In this document: piece after piece, positions 25,752 through 35,329 of the stretch
Numbering within the stretch: position 1 is the stretch's first letter
Layout of the letters: each line of letters starts with the position of its first letter
IMG/VR virus record: IMGVR_UViG_3300046533_001163
Reading direction: 5' to 3' (one strand)
Length of the DNA stretch: 64,000 nt
DNA from: a virus
Taxonomy: Duplodnaviria > Heunggongvirae > Uroviricota > Caudoviricetes
Notes under the pieces: model-generated
What the model was told of the DNA's origin: nothing
Seen by the model: only the letters and a program-made list of their open reading frames with translations
Databases searched by the model: none
Translations under genes and position numbers: made by a program

Positions 25752-27213
25752 TAGACGATAACCCTTGCGCCCATGTAATCTTATCGTCATAATTCGTAGT
25801 GACAGCAATTTTATGGCAGGTAGCATCAAAATTTCCTGATGCTGAAGGATGCCCAATTCCACTTTTCTTAATACCGCCGAACGGCACAGAACTTTCTGCA
25901 CCAATACTTCCTGCATTAAAATAAATCATTCCAGAATCAATCTCATCCTGGAACTTTTTCATCGTCCTAAAATTATCGGTTATAACGGCACAGCTTAACC
26001 CAAAATCTGTATCATTATAAATTCTAATCGCATCATCCGCATCATCAAAAGGAATAATCGCTACGTGAGGGCCAAATACTTCCTCTTTAAGAAATCGCTT
26101 GTTTGCCCATTCGCAAAGATAAACAAATGGGGATAAGAAATAACCATTACCCACCAATTTGTCGCCTTGTATCAAAACTCTACAAGAACGATCTTTTAGA
26201 ACCATTTCATTATAAGAAACAACTCTTTCCAATGATTCTTTACTAATTACAGGTCCGAAAAAACTTTTTTCATTACTTGGTGCGCCAATAACCAATTCCT
26301 TCACTCTGGCAATAAAATGAAGAACAAAACTATTCAATAGTTGCCTATGTACCAAAATTCGGCCAGCAGAAACACATCGCTGGCCAGCCAATTTAAATGA
26401 TGAATTAACACAAGCATCAAGAGCAAGGTCTAGGTTTCCATCATCCATTACAATAACGGCTGACTTACTTCCCATCTCACAAGAACAATCTTTATTCCAT
26501 TGGGTTGCACAATGCTGTTTAATTTTCATTCCAACTTCGGCGCTTCCAGTAAATAAAACATAATTTACATCACTATTCTCAACCAATAGTTTTCCGGCTT
26601 CATCTTGTCCTTGTATCATGTTGTAAACGCCCGCCGGGAAACCAGCTTCATGATACAGTTCTGCTGTTAAATTAGCTGACAAAGGCGATAGCTGACTTGG
26701 CTTATGAACTACGCAATTTCCTTCTAATATCGCTGGAGCAGAGGTCCAATGTGTGATGGCATACGGAAAATTCCATGGTGTAACACAAGCTACAACCCCA
26801 CGAGGCTTGCGAATTATAGAAATTGATTTTTCAGCAACTTCTGAAGGAATCAATTCGCCTGCCGGCAGTCTTCCTCTACCGGCAGTAATCTCGCACATGT
26901 GCTTGGCTTCATTTACTTCAGCCAATGCTTCATTCTTATTCTTGCCTGTCTCCGCACATATCACTTTTATGATATCATCTTTTCTTCGCTCAATTCGGGC
27001 AGCAAGTTTAAGAAAATACTCGCCTCTGGCTGGACGACTAATTTTACTCCATTTATGGAATGCATTTCTAGCGGCGGCTACCGATAAATCAACTCCATCT
27101 ATTACTGTATTATTGACAACTTCAAGGACTTCTTCGGTAGATGGATCTATCTTATGAAAATAACCACTTGTACCCGATGAAGTAAATTCGCCATTAATGT
27201 AATTTTTATACAT
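25744..27213 (-). CDS. aldehyde dehydrogenase family protein
   Basis: VTPWNFP. FTGSAEVG. CEMGSKS. FKLAGQRCVSAGRILV (catalytic Cys). EEVFGP. 489 aa. Confidence 0.8.
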   Translation of the reverse strand: MYKNYINGEFTSSGTSGYFHKIDPSTEEVLEVVNNTVIDGVDLSVAAARNAFHKWSKISRPARGEYFLKLAARIERRKDDIIKVICAETGKNKNEALAEVNEAKHMCEITAGRGRLPAGELIPSEVAEKSISIIRKPRGVVACVTPWNFPYAITHWTSAPAILEGNCVVHKPSQLSPLSANLTAELYHEAGFPAGVYNMIQGQDEAGKLLVENSDVNYVLFTGSAEVGMKIKQHCATQWNKDCSCEMGSKSAVIVMDDGNLDLALDACVNSSFKLAGQRCVSAGRILVHRQLLNSFVLHFIARVKELVIGAPSNEKSFFGPVISKESLERVVSYNEMVLKDRSCRVLIQGDKLVGNGYFLSPFVYLCEWANKRFLKEEVFGPHVAIIPFDDADDAIRIYNDTDFGLSCAVITDNFRTMKKFQDEIDSGMIYFNAGSIGAESSVPFGGIKKSGIGHPSASGNFDATCHKIAVTTNYDDKITWAQGLSSNV

Positions 27214-27465
27214 TTAGTCTTCCTCGTAAGAAACGATAGTGCCAACTTCATCCGTCTCAGGATGATAGAATTCTTGGTGATGCAATTCCTTGCCACAAAT
27301 TTGACTTTCAAAAGGCAATTCAGTAATCGGATCAATACCGAAAATAGTAAACTCTTTTGGCTCGTGAACGTAGCAGACTAGCCCATCTTCAGAAAAATAT
27401 TTTTCTGCATCTTCAATCACTACATGATTGAAGTCGTCGCACAGTAAAATTGTCGTGTTGCTCAT
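27214..27465 (-). CDS. hypothetical protein
   Basis: 83 aa. Confidence 0.3.
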   Translation of the reverse strand: MSNTTILLCDDFNHVVIEDAEKYFSEDGLVCYVHEPKEFTIFGIDPITELPFESQICGKELHHQEFYHPETDEVGTIVSYEED

Positions 27466-27707
27466 TTGACCCCCATGCTTTTACAAACGCCATCAAATAG
27501 TCTACCGTAAAAATACTGATCCGTAAGAGCAAGAACATCCTGCTTTGTTTCACACTTATCTAATTGATCTTTAAAATCAACATTCATAGATCCGAATGGA
27601 GAAGTCGCAACGCAATTTCCGTCTTCGTCTACTATAAGTGAACGCATGGACATTACGTTTCCATACATTATCTTCGTGTACTCAAGGTCTTGGACTTTAA
27701 ATTTCAT
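27462..27707 (-). CDS. hypothetical protein
   Basis: 81 aa. Confidence 0.3.
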   Translation of the reverse strand: MKFKVQDLEYTKIMYGNVMSMRSLIVDEDGNCVATSPFGSMNVDFKDQLDKCETKQDVLALTDQYFYGRLFDGVCKSMGVK

Positions 27708-27993
27708 CTGGAATATTCTCCAATCTGTTCTGACAGTCTAAACATACTGCATACTCTACTTCGGCATTAGCTGCCCAAATCTTAGCCTTATTTTTATCGC
27801 AAATACTACAACGAATTTTTACTAAATTAACGGTATTGTCCGAATGAGCTAATCCCTCTGTACGGGAACATGACGGACATTCTGGATATGATGCACCATT
27901 AATTATTGCACAATTAGAACCAATCGCGGAATCGTAGACGGCTCCACATACACATTTTACCAAATAACAGTCTTCGGTTTGATTGATAATCAT
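27697..27993 (-). CDS. Cys-rich zinc-binding protein
   Basis: Several CxxC pairs (CVCG, CPSC, CSIC, CLDC). Confidence 0.35.
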   Translation of the reverse strand: MIINQTEDCYLVKCVCGAVYDSAIGSNCAIINGASYPECPSCSRTEGLAHSDNTVNLVKIRCSICDKNKAKIWAANAEVEYAVCLDCQNRLENIPDEI

Positions 27994-28004
27994 AATAAAT
28001 ACCT

Positions 28005-28466
28005 TTAATGATGAAAATAAGCATGGACCCCATTTTTGTCTTTAAGTATCATATAGCTTAAATCTTCTGTGATACTAACTGTTTCAAAATAATAACTGCA
28101 ATTTGACGAATACTGACCAATAACTCTTAATGAAATGCGTAGTTTATCTGGATTATCGCATCTAGCTTTTACTAAATCTGCTAACGGCCCCAATCTACAA
28201 TCTAGTGTGTAGCCTCTTGCGCTAATAATTATCTTGCTGTTGGCAATACTAAAAACCTTAGCGGCATATTCTTCATGGAAATCAGAAACAAGAACAACCG
28301 ACAGTCCCAAATTACTTCTAGTCAAAAGTAATGCAAACTTTTTCCAATCCGAAGTTACCGAATTTTCTGTATACTGTTTAGTTTTTATATACCCGCCTTG
28401 GGAATAACTGAGAGAACGAACCAAGTCTAGATTAAGAAATTTCATGGATTTCATATTATAGCACAA
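28005..28466 (-). CDS. hypothetical protein
   Basis: 153 aa. Confidence 0.3.
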   Translation of the reverse strand: MCYNMKSMKFLNLDLVRSLSYSQGGYIKTKQYTENSVTSDWKKFALLLTRSNLGLSVVLVSDFHEEYAAKVFSIANSKIIISARGYTLDCRLGPLADLVKARCDNPDKLRISLRVIGQYSSNCSYYFETVSITEDLSYMILKDKNGVHAYFHH

Positions 28467-28488
28467 AACCCAAATATGTCAAGTATTT

Positions 28489-28974
28489 TTAGATAAAATT
28501 TACTGGATCAAAAATCTGATTAGCGGGCAACATTTCGCTGCCGCCAAGGTAATTAACCCAAATAGGCATGGCTTTGTAGCCAAGTTGAGACGCGGCCAAA
28601 ATTCTATGGTTGCCTTCTCTAACTGTTGCCTTGCCGCGAGCATCAACGACAATAAGAGGCTGCGCGAGATCTAATGCAGCATGTCCCTTATGTTTTAGCC
28701 ACGCATAAATGTTATCCAATTTTTCCTTAGATTCAGGTGTATTGAACCTTTTATGCTCTCCGTTTTCGCCTGGAATTTTTAAAAGTTCTGCTACTGGAAC
28801 ATAAGCGTTTCTATATCCAGCGGTAATTCTCGTTGGATTGGACTTTAACCAATCAAGGCCAGACTCTTTAGTTGCATATGGATTATCTTGTGCAAAATAT
28901 AATGTCGCCCTCTTCTTATCACGAGCAGGGTCCGTAATGTAGTTGGAAAATAAACTGGTGAATGGAGGAATCAT
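28489..28974 (-). CDS. ParB/sulfiredoxin-like nuclease-domain protein
   Basis: VVDARGKATVREGNHRILAASQLGY (GxxRxxA ParB N-terminal domain motif). Confidence 0.45.
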   Translation of the reverse strand: MIPPFTSLFSNYITDPARDKKRATLYFAQDNPYATKESGLDWLKSNPTRITAGYRNAYVPVAELLKIPGENGEHKRFNTPESKEKLDNIYAWLKHKGHAALDLAQPLIVVDARGKATVREGNHRILAASQLGYKAMPIWVNYLGGSEMLPANQIFDPVNFI

Positions 28975-29225
28975 AAGAGCGTCTTTATAAGAGGCAAAAT
29001 AACCTTCAGTGAATCTTCAGACAAACTTGACTTTGTAGGAATATTAAAATTAAATAATTTACCATTGACGCTTAACTCTACATGAATAGTGTCATTAGAG
29101 CTATCATGATAAGAATCTTTCAATAAAACATTGCATCCTAACCTAGAATTAATTATGGCAATAAACTCATGGGCACGCTCAAGATTTTGGTGCAAAAACA
29201 CTGACTCTTTTACTGGCTTATACAT
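28971..29225 (-). CDS. hypothetical protein
   Basis: The ATG at 29225 (MYKPVKES) is preferred. The track start at 29258 uses TTG inside the terminator hairpin. Confidence 0.3.
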   Translation of the reverse strand: MYKPVKESVFLHQNLERAHEFIAIINSRLGCNVLLKDSYHDSSNDTIHVELSVNGKLFNFNIPTKSSLSEDSLKVILPLIKTLL

Positions 29226-29243
29226 ACAATATTTAGTAGATCG

Positions 29244-29280
29244 AACAAAAAACCCCAAGGGGTTGATTCCTTGGGGTTTT
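29244..29280 (-). terminator. rho-independent terminator
   Basis: aaccccaagg-ggttgatt-ccttggggtt hairpin. It is followed on the minus strand by a U-tract and sits downstream of the 29368..29625 gene. Confidence 0.55.
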
Positions 29281-29367
29281 AAGATTCAAAATTCAGGCAG
29301 ACTCACATCACTTACCAGTACTTTGCCGGTTACCCGGGATTGCTGGGACGGCGACTGCTGCCATGAA

Positions 29368-29625
29368 TTAGAAGCTGACGGTGATTGGGTGTCGGCTCAT
29401 GTTAACAATTTCGTCGCGGCTGAATGTCTTATATCCAGCGTTGGCGAGAACACGAGTCGTACGACCTTCTCGGACTTCATAGCCGCCGATTGTGTTGCGG
29501 CCTAGTTCAGTGATAACCACAGTTCGGCGAACTGGCTTAGAATGGCTACCCTTGTACATAAACTTGGCAACTGGCTGGTTACGAATTGCATCTACACACC
29601 ACGAACTCTTCTTTGACTTACTCAT
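29368..29625 (-). CDS. hypothetical protein
   Basis: 85 aa. Confidence 0.35.
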   Translation of the reverse strand: MSKSKKSSWCVDAIRNQPVAKFMYKGSHSKPVRRTVVITELGRNTIGGYEVREGRTTRVLANAGYKTFSRDEIVNMSRHPITVSF

Positions 29626-29793
29626 TTTTAGTTTTCCTATATAGAAAAAAACTTTTGCGAAATACCAAATAGCTTTATTGCGTACTTAGTAGATAAACTA
29701 CATTCCGTAATAGGCTGTTTCGCCAGCCATTAATACCACCTTTACATCAGCGGTACTAATATATCGGCATACCACCGATATACTTTAACAAAA

Positions 29794-29967
29794 TTACTTA
29801 CAAATCGGAAAAGACGGCCCACAGGCACAATTTCCCGCCTTATCACACTCGCACCGAATTTCCCAGCTTTCCGAAAAGGAAACTGACTTAGTGCAACGAC
29901 AACCCGAACAACAAGCGACACAAGACGACATCAAAGCAATCAAGGTCACAAGAATCCAATTTTTCAT
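29794..29967 (-). CDS. small Cys-rich lipoprotein candidate (57 aa)
   Basis: Hand-translated: MKNWILVTLIALMSSCVACCSGCRCTK...GPSFPICK. Lipobox LMSSC. 13 Cys. AAGGA RBS. Confidence 0.35.
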   Translation of the reverse strand: MKNWILVTLIALMSSCVACCSGCRCTKSVSFSESWEIRCECDKAGNCACGPSFPICK

Positions 29968-30123
29968 TTTTCAATCCTTAGTTCTAGAGTTTTCTATCCT
30001 TAGTTTGTTTTAAAACTGGCCGTACCTTTGTGCTTGAGCACTGGTTATTCCCTACGGCTAGGCTTGGTTCCCCTATGCCTCTTGCGAGACTGTTCCACTT
30101 TTGCCAGCAGCTTGTTTCTTAGT

Positions 30124-30480
30124 TCAACACTTACACTTGCCTTTGGAGCAGCAGCTTCCTTCACTCTTCGCGTAGTGGTTACCCGCCTCTCCCATCAAAT
30201 CAACTTCAGACACTATTCCAACTCTGTTAAGAGTTATCGCAACGTCCTTGGGCAAGTCCACAACCGCAAAGGTCACGCGATTCTTACCGATCTTCGTATC
30301 AGCCACAAAATTGGCGATATGAAAATGTTCAGTATATTCCTTCAGGAGAAGCGGCAGTCTTTCCGCCGTAATCGCTCCGAAAGGAAATACTAACTTGCAA
30401 CAAGTCAATGGAGAATAATTCTTCACTTCGCTATAAGGTGTATTTTCTACAACATTCAGCGGATTCTTGTTGTCGTTCAT
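30124..30480 (-). CDS. hypothetical protein, apparently leaderless
   Basis: 118 aa. A consensus promoter ends 6 nt upstream of the ATG. C-terminal CCSKGKCKC. Confidence 0.45.
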   Translation of the reverse strand: MNDNKNPLNVVENTPYSEVKNYSPLTCCKLVFPFGAITAERLPLLLKEYTEHFHIANFVADTKIGKNRVTFAVVDLPKDVAITLNRVGIVSEVDLMGEAGNHYAKSEGSCCSKGKCKC

Positions 30481-30486
30481 GAGTGT

Positions 30487-30514
30487 ATTATACCAATTCT
30501 TGGTTCTTTGTCAA
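30487..30514 (-). promoter_or_regulatory. consensus sigma-70 promoter TTGACA-16 nt-TATAAT
   Basis: On the minus strand: TTGACA, aagaaccaagaattgg, TATAAT, acactc, ATG. A perfect -35 and -10 with a 16-nt spacer. It implies a leaderless transcript for 30124..30480. Confidence 0.55.
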
Positions 30515-30676
30515 TGGGAAGTTTTTGCTTATCGTGCTAAACAACTGCATATATGGGTACAACACCAGCCGCACAAGAAAAAGAATCCAAGAAATACCAT
30601 CGCATCTGGCCAACTTGATGGTTGCTTACTGTCTGAATTAGCCATAATTTTTTCTCCAAGTATTTTAGTGTAAAAT

Positions 30677-31018
30677 TTAGTCTCTTACAAGCCACACCAC
30701 ATACGCTGTACTGATAATAGTCGCCAATGACATTGCCATAACAGCAAGATCATCATAAACACGACCGTAAAACATACCAATCCCGCCGATTACAATAAAA
30801 ATACTAGCAGCTATATGAAACCAAAACAAATCATTAGGATTTATTGCTTCTTTTTCTTTCGTCAGCAAATTATCTACGTAGTTTTCGCACTGCGGGTTCA
30901 AGCATTTGTTAGTTCTCATCCATGCGACTAAATGAAGAGAGCTTTTGCACTTCGGACAATCTCCAGAATGGCCTTCTCTTGTTACGAGAAGCAAAGGAGG
31001 CTTAGGCTTTTCAATCAT
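30677..31018 (-). CDS. zinc-ribbon membrane protein
   Basis: CPKC...CLNPQC followed by a transmembrane helix IAASIFIVIGGIGMF. Confidence 0.35.
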   Translation of the reverse strand: MIEKPKPPLLLVTREGHSGDCPKCKSSLHLVAWMRTNKCLNPQCENYVDNLLTKEKEAINPNDLFWFHIAASIFIVIGGIGMFYGRVYDDLAVMAMSLATIISTAYVVWLVRD

Positions 31019-31295
31019 TATACATCCTGTCTTTCTTTAATCGTCGCTTACTTTTCTTCCACCATTTTTTAACTTTGTGCGGCGGGATACAATCAAATCG
31101 CTCAGTGCCGTCGCTATCTGTTCGCACGCAAGACATCATCCTACGGCCACATTCCGGACACGTAACTCTTACCGCTTTACCGCCATTAGGATTACGGGGA
31201 CTTTTCTCAGAAATCCACTCTTGATCCCACACCCACGGATCACCCGCATTCATCCCCATCATACTAGAGTAAGAGCACATTTTGTTTTTACTCAT
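31011..31295 (-). CDS. zinc-ribbon protein
   Basis: CPECGRRMMSC...C. Basic C-terminus. AGGAG RBS. TAGTTATCTAT motif 30 nt upstream. Confidence 0.35.
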   Translation of the reverse strand: MSKNKMCSYSSMMGMNAGDPWVWDQEWISEKSPRNPNGGKAVRVTCPECGRRMMSCVRTDSDGTERFDCIPPHKVKKWWKKSKRRLKKDRMYND

Positions 31296-31330
31296 AGTAT
31301 GCTCCTAATTTAGATTTCTGTATAGATAAC

Positions 31331-31378
31331 TAAAAAATACGTTCGGCTACATGATTTACAACATCATGTAGCCGAACG
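31331..31378 (-). terminator. strong rho-independent terminator (16-bp stem)
   Basis: cgttcggctacatgat-ttacaac-atcatgtagccgaacg. It is followed on the minus strand by UAUUUUUU and lies just downstream of the SPFH gene. Confidence 0.65.
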
Positions 31379-31393
31379 GCTACCAGGAGTTCC

Positions 31394-32596
31394 TTACTTA
31401 ACTTCCTTCGCCTTGGCAACCGGAGCCACCACATTTTCAACAGCCTTGAGGAAGCTGTCTCCAAGAGTAATCACCTGCATATTCTCAGGCAGATATCCCT
31501 TGATGTTTCCGAATGCCTGAGCCATTGACTTCGCAACTTCAATTCTGGCGTAGGTTTCAGCACCAGACGCACTGAACGCTGAAAACTTCAGCTTTTCAGA
31601 TTCGGCCTGAGCCTTACCAACGGCGAGAATAGCCTGCCCCTTCAACTCGCCCGAATCCTTTTCGGCCTGAGCAGCAAGAACCGTTCTCTTCGCTTCAGCT
31701 TCAGCAGCAAGAATTGTCTTCTGCGCTTCAGCCTTAGCAGCAAGAATAGACTGTTCGTTGCTTGCTTCGGCAGCAAGAACCTTAACCGCCTTATCTCGCT
31801 CTGCTTCCACAACGGCCTTCTCATAGTCGGCACCAGCAACCGCCTTTGCCTTCTTCGCGTCGGCGAGCGCAGCCTTCTCTTCCTGAACAGCTCGCTTCTC
31901 ACGCTGAATAGCAACCTGCCGTGCAGTAATTTCTGAGACATACGCATTATCAAGCTTAATATGCTCGATAACAAAGTTGTCAACAAAAATACCACGCTGA
32001 CGCAGCTCGCCGTCCGCACGATTCAAGTCCTTCTCAATATCCTGTTGAAGTTTAACAAGACCTTCGCCAGAATACGCCGTAATTGCGTCCATGACCGTCG
32101 CATGATTCTTCGTTACCAACAGAAGAATCGGACGAAGAACTCGCTCTTCAATGCGATGATCGTCTTCATCACGAGGCGGGCCGACCGTCTTGTGAATGTC
32201 AACTACGTGCAACGGGTCAATTCGCCACTGAACCTGCAACGAAAGATGCATGTCCTGGCTGTCCTGACTCTGCACAAGATAGCTATCCTGCTTACGGCCC
32301 TTGTTGACTTCGCCGTCTTCCTTGTTGTTCATAACAAACACATTGACCGACGTAGAGTAAACCTGAATTCGTTCCCACGGCAAAACGAAGTAGGTCTTCG
32401 GCGGCAGAGGATCTTTTTCCACGCCACCAAACCACGTTTCCTTCACGCCGATTTCGTTACCCTTGATAGGTACGATATCGAACATAGCGACCATCGCCAC
32501 CATGGCGAGGAAACCGCAAACTGCGGCCACGATTAACTTGATCTGAGTCTTTGACAACATCTTTGCTTCCTTTTTCTTAGAGAAATTTTTCGGCAT
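31394..32596 (-). CDS. SPFH/band-7 domain protein, flotillin-like
   Basis: N-terminal transmembrane helix. A prohibitin-homology core. Ala/Glu-rich AAKAEAQKTILAAEAEAKRTVLAAQAE repeats as in flotillins. The gene is more GC-rich than its flanks. Confidence 0.7.
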   Translation of the reverse strand: MPKNFSKKKEAKMLSKTQIKLIVAAVCGFLAMVAMVAMFDIVPIKGNEIGVKETWFGGVEKDPLPPKTYFVLPWERIQVYSTSVNVFVMNNKEDGEVNKGRKQDSYLVQSQDSQDMHLSLQVQWRIDPLHVVDIHKTVGPPRDEDDHRIEERVLRPILLLVTKNHATVMDAITAYSGEGLVKLQQDIEKDLNRADGELRQRGIFVDNFVIEHIKLDNAYVSEITARQVAIQREKRAVQEEKAALADAKKAKAVAGADYEKAVVEAERDKAVKVLAAEASNEQSILAAKAEAQKTILAAEAEAKRTVLAAQAEKDSGELKGQAILAVGKAQAESEKLKFSAFSASGAETYARIEVAKSMAQAFGNIKGYLPENMQVITLGDSFLKAVENVVAPVAKAKEVK

Positions 32597-32600
32597 TATT

Positions 32601-33074
32601 TTACTTTATTTCCGCAAGCAGTTCGTCTAAACTTACTGCTGTCTTAAGCCCTAGCTCTGATGCTTTGTTAAAAAATAATTCTGCCGTCTCATAATCGCCC
32701 ATATTTGACCAAGCTAGTCCTTTAGCAAACATTAGCTTGGCGAACGGAACGTGTACCGCAACCTCTCTTAACTTCTCTAATACTTTAATCCAATCAAGTC
32801 CCAACCATGCGGCTTGTAATTCTTCCTTAACAGTAAGAATATGACCAGTAAGCGGATAGGGAGTAGCCTTGACATCCTGTAGATTATACAAGTCCTCAGA
32901 AAACCACTGTAAAAAACTAGCTTCTCTTGTATTTACATGCTCATAATAATCATCTGACCTATCCTGTTCGGCCTGAAATTCAGGTGTATTATCTTTGCCT
33001 TCATTCGCCAAGCGATGAATGCTCTTAGTAGAACCAATCATCGCAACAAAATACTTATTTTTTAAAAACTCCAT
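32601..33074 (-). CDS. hypothetical protein
   Basis: 157 aa. Confidence 0.35.
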   Translation of the reverse strand: MEFLKNKYFVAMIGSTKSIHRLANEGKDNTPEFQAEQDRSDDYYEHVNTREASFLQWFSEDLYNLQDVKATPYPLTGHILTVKEELQAAWLGLDWIKVLEKLREVAVHVPFAKLMFAKGLAWSNMGDYETAELFFNKASELGLKTAVSLDELLAEIK

Positions 33075-33265
33075 TACTTGTCATCCTCAACCTTTTCTGG
33101 TTCCTTCTTCTGAAAGCATAAAAGAAGGGCATACAGAAGATACCCAACAACGCCAATGGCAAACATGGGAATCAAAACTTCAATAACAGCCTTCTTGAGA
33201 ATGACCGTAAGCATAGCAACCAACAAAGTCGCCCATGCCACATGTATCAACATTCGCCAGTTCAT
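33074..33265 (-). CDS. small two-transmembrane protein
   Basis: 63 aa, hydrophobic. Adjacent to the SPFH gene. Confidence 0.3.
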   Translation of the reverse strand: MNWRMLIHVAWATLLVAMLTVILKKAVIEVLIPMFAIGVVGYLLYALLLCFQKKEPEKVEDDK

Positions 33266-33410
33266 TGTTCTTCCTCTGAAAGAGTTTCAGTTGCCAAATT
33301 CTTGACCACAGCCACAAGTCGCCGGTGCTCTTCTCTGTCTATATGACAGTTAAAGTAGCTGTAATCCAACGCATGTACGATAGCAGGAATGTCTTCGGGT
33401 GTCAAGACCA

Positions 33411-33650
33411 TCACTTATCGTCGTCCTTAGATTTTTTGTCAAAAAGTTTGGTCAACCTAGACGTAGGGTATCGGTTAGGATCAGCTTCGCCGCGATCCAG
33501 CTTATATTTTTCAGTCAAATAATCGCCATATTCATCAGTCAAAACCACCTTGGTGTCGTCGGTCAATTCAGCAGTTTTTGCTTCATTCACCATAGACTTA
33601 TGACTCCCAAATACACTTGGAAACGGATATGACTTAATTTCTTTGGCCAT
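33411..33650 (-). CDS. hypothetical protein
   Basis: 79 aa, acidic. Confidence 0.3.
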   Translation of the reverse strand: MAKEIKSYPFPSVFGSHKSMVNEAKTAELTDDTKVVLTDEYGDYLTEKYKLDRGEADPNRYPTSRLTKLFDKKSKDDDK

Positions 33651-33660
33651 GATTTTTTCC

Positions 33661-33948
33661 TTAAATTCTAGTGAGCGTGACTCTTTTCATCAACTTTTTT
33701 TTGCGTCTGTTGTGAGATATCGCACTACACGCCTTCAAAAATTGCGCGTGAATGAAAACGCCTAGTATGAAAACAATTCCTCCAGGGATATAAATAACAG
33801 GAAACAAAAGAAAAAGAAGTACTGTGCCAGAAGTCTTAAAAAATCCAAGATGTTTGTCTTTACACTCTTGATACATATCATGAGTAATAAAAATTGAAAT
33901 TACATGTAATACAGCCACAACAACTAAGCAAAAATTAAGCATAGTCAT
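33661..33948 (-). CDS. membrane protein
   Basis: 95 aa with several hydrophobic helices. Confidence 0.3.
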   Translation of the reverse strand: MTMLNFCLVVVAVLHVISIFITHDMYQECKDKHLGFFKTSGTVLLFLLFPVIYIPGGIVFILGVFIHAQFLKACSAISHNRRKKKLMKRVTLTRI

Positions 33949-35329
33949 GCCAATGTTTATTTATATACAGGCTAACATCAGTGTCGTTCTGAACTACAGC
34001 AAAACAATTGCCGGATGGAGCATATGCAATTTTAGAAACTAAACCTAAGTCGTCATCAATCGATTCGTAGCCACCATTTGACCAACTGGCACTACCCAAT
34101 GTTCCATCTTGATTTGCAACAATTATCTCTTTGTCTACTGGATTAAGATCAAAGCATTTAACCGGTATATTAAAATTATACACATAAATCGTATCCAAAT
34201 TTCTAGGATTTAAAATTTCAATACGATATTTGCCTTTATCATCAATTAAAACTCCTAAAACATCTTTACCAAAGGCAACTCCTAACATTCTTCGTACAGA
34301 TTTATTTTTCGTCAGTGTTGATGCAATCTCCTCCCCCTTGTCAATATCTAAAATTGATATATCGTTATCTGGAGAAATCAAAGCCACCAATCTATTCTTC
34401 CATGACGGAATTAGGGTCTTAACGGCTGGCCCAATAGATCGGAAAATATTACTATCTTTGATGGTACTTGCCCATCCATGTCCTTTAAAATCTTCTACAT
34501 TAAACGACTTCATTTCTATAATACTCTCGCCTGTGTTCGGTTTAGGCTTATGCAATAAAATATAAGACTGAGATACATCGCCCAATAAATAAGCAGATGT
34601 ATAATCATCTATTCTATGACAACCATACTGCATGCGATTAGCAAGACTAAAGCAGCTAACATTATATCCTAAGTCATATACCCCCATTAACGAATAATCT
34701 AAAAAGGAAAAATACGATGGTAAGTTTGCCACATCAATGGAGTGCTCTTCCATTTTCTGAACTCGGTCTGGATAAATTTTTACAAAATTAATCTTATTCT
34801 CATTACTATAAGCAAAAATTTCGCCATTATTCAAAGTAAACGGAGCAAAAGCACAAATGGGAAAATCAACCCCTGTCGCCACTTCCTTACGATAATAACC
34901 ATAGCCTACTCCTCCGCCTGTATCTTTTTTTTCAACTGATTCTGAAGAAGTATCTCCGTCATGCATAAGCCGCTTCTTAACAGAAAAATTATAAGGATGC
35001 GACATTCTAACAATAAACTTAGCGGCATCCGTACGATGCACTGATGGGCAAAGAACAACACGTTTATTGCCATACTCATTATTTAATGCAATAACAGGAA
35101 GACAAGTTTTCTGACAAATAATGTCAGGCAAATCATTATCTACAGCGCAAGACGCAAGAATACAAGGAGAAAAAATACTTTCTGCCCTTGCTAAAACAGT
35201 GTCTAACGCCGGACCAATGTTGGGTATGCGAAAAATTTGATGAGGAATATTCCAAAACGACAAATCATTGGATAAGTACCCAACATCATCGCTCTCTTTA
35301 TTAGTGGTTATTATAAATACGGGTTTCAC
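33935..35329 (-). CDS. hypothetical protein
   Basis: 464 aa. Confidence 0.4.
   Translation of the reverse strand: MKPVFIITTNKESDDVGYLSNDLSFWNIPHQIFRIPNIGPALDTVLARAESIFSPCILASCAVDNDLPDIICQKTCLPVIALNNEYGNKRVVLCPSVHRTDAAKFIVRMSHPYNFSVKKRLMHDGDTSSESVEKKDTGGGVGYGYYRKEVATGVDFPICAFAPFTLNNGEIFAYSNENKINFVKIYPDRVQKMEEHSIDVANLPSYFSFLDYSLMGVYDLGYNVSCFSLANRMQYGCHRIDDYTSAYLLGDVSQSYILLHKPKPNTGESIIEMKSFNVEDFKGHGWASTIKDSNIFRSIGPAVKTLIPSWKNRLVALISPDNDISILDIDKGEEIASTLTKNKSVRRMLGVAFGKDVLGVLIDDKGKYRIEILNPRNLDTIYVYNFNIPVKCFDLNPVDKEIIVANQDGTLGSASWSNGGYESIDDDLGLVSKIAYAPSGNCFAVVQNDTDVSLYINKHWHDYA

Noticed and set aside
29251-29258. TTG start for 28971..29258 as listed in the ORF track.
   Set aside because: That start falls inside the terminator hairpin stem. 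The downstream ATG at 29225 was used instead.
31642-32019. 125-aa Arg-rich minus-strand ORF.
   Set aside because: It lies entirely inside the SPFH gene in another frame. Its RRR/LLL composition is the shadow of the Ala/Glu repeat codons.
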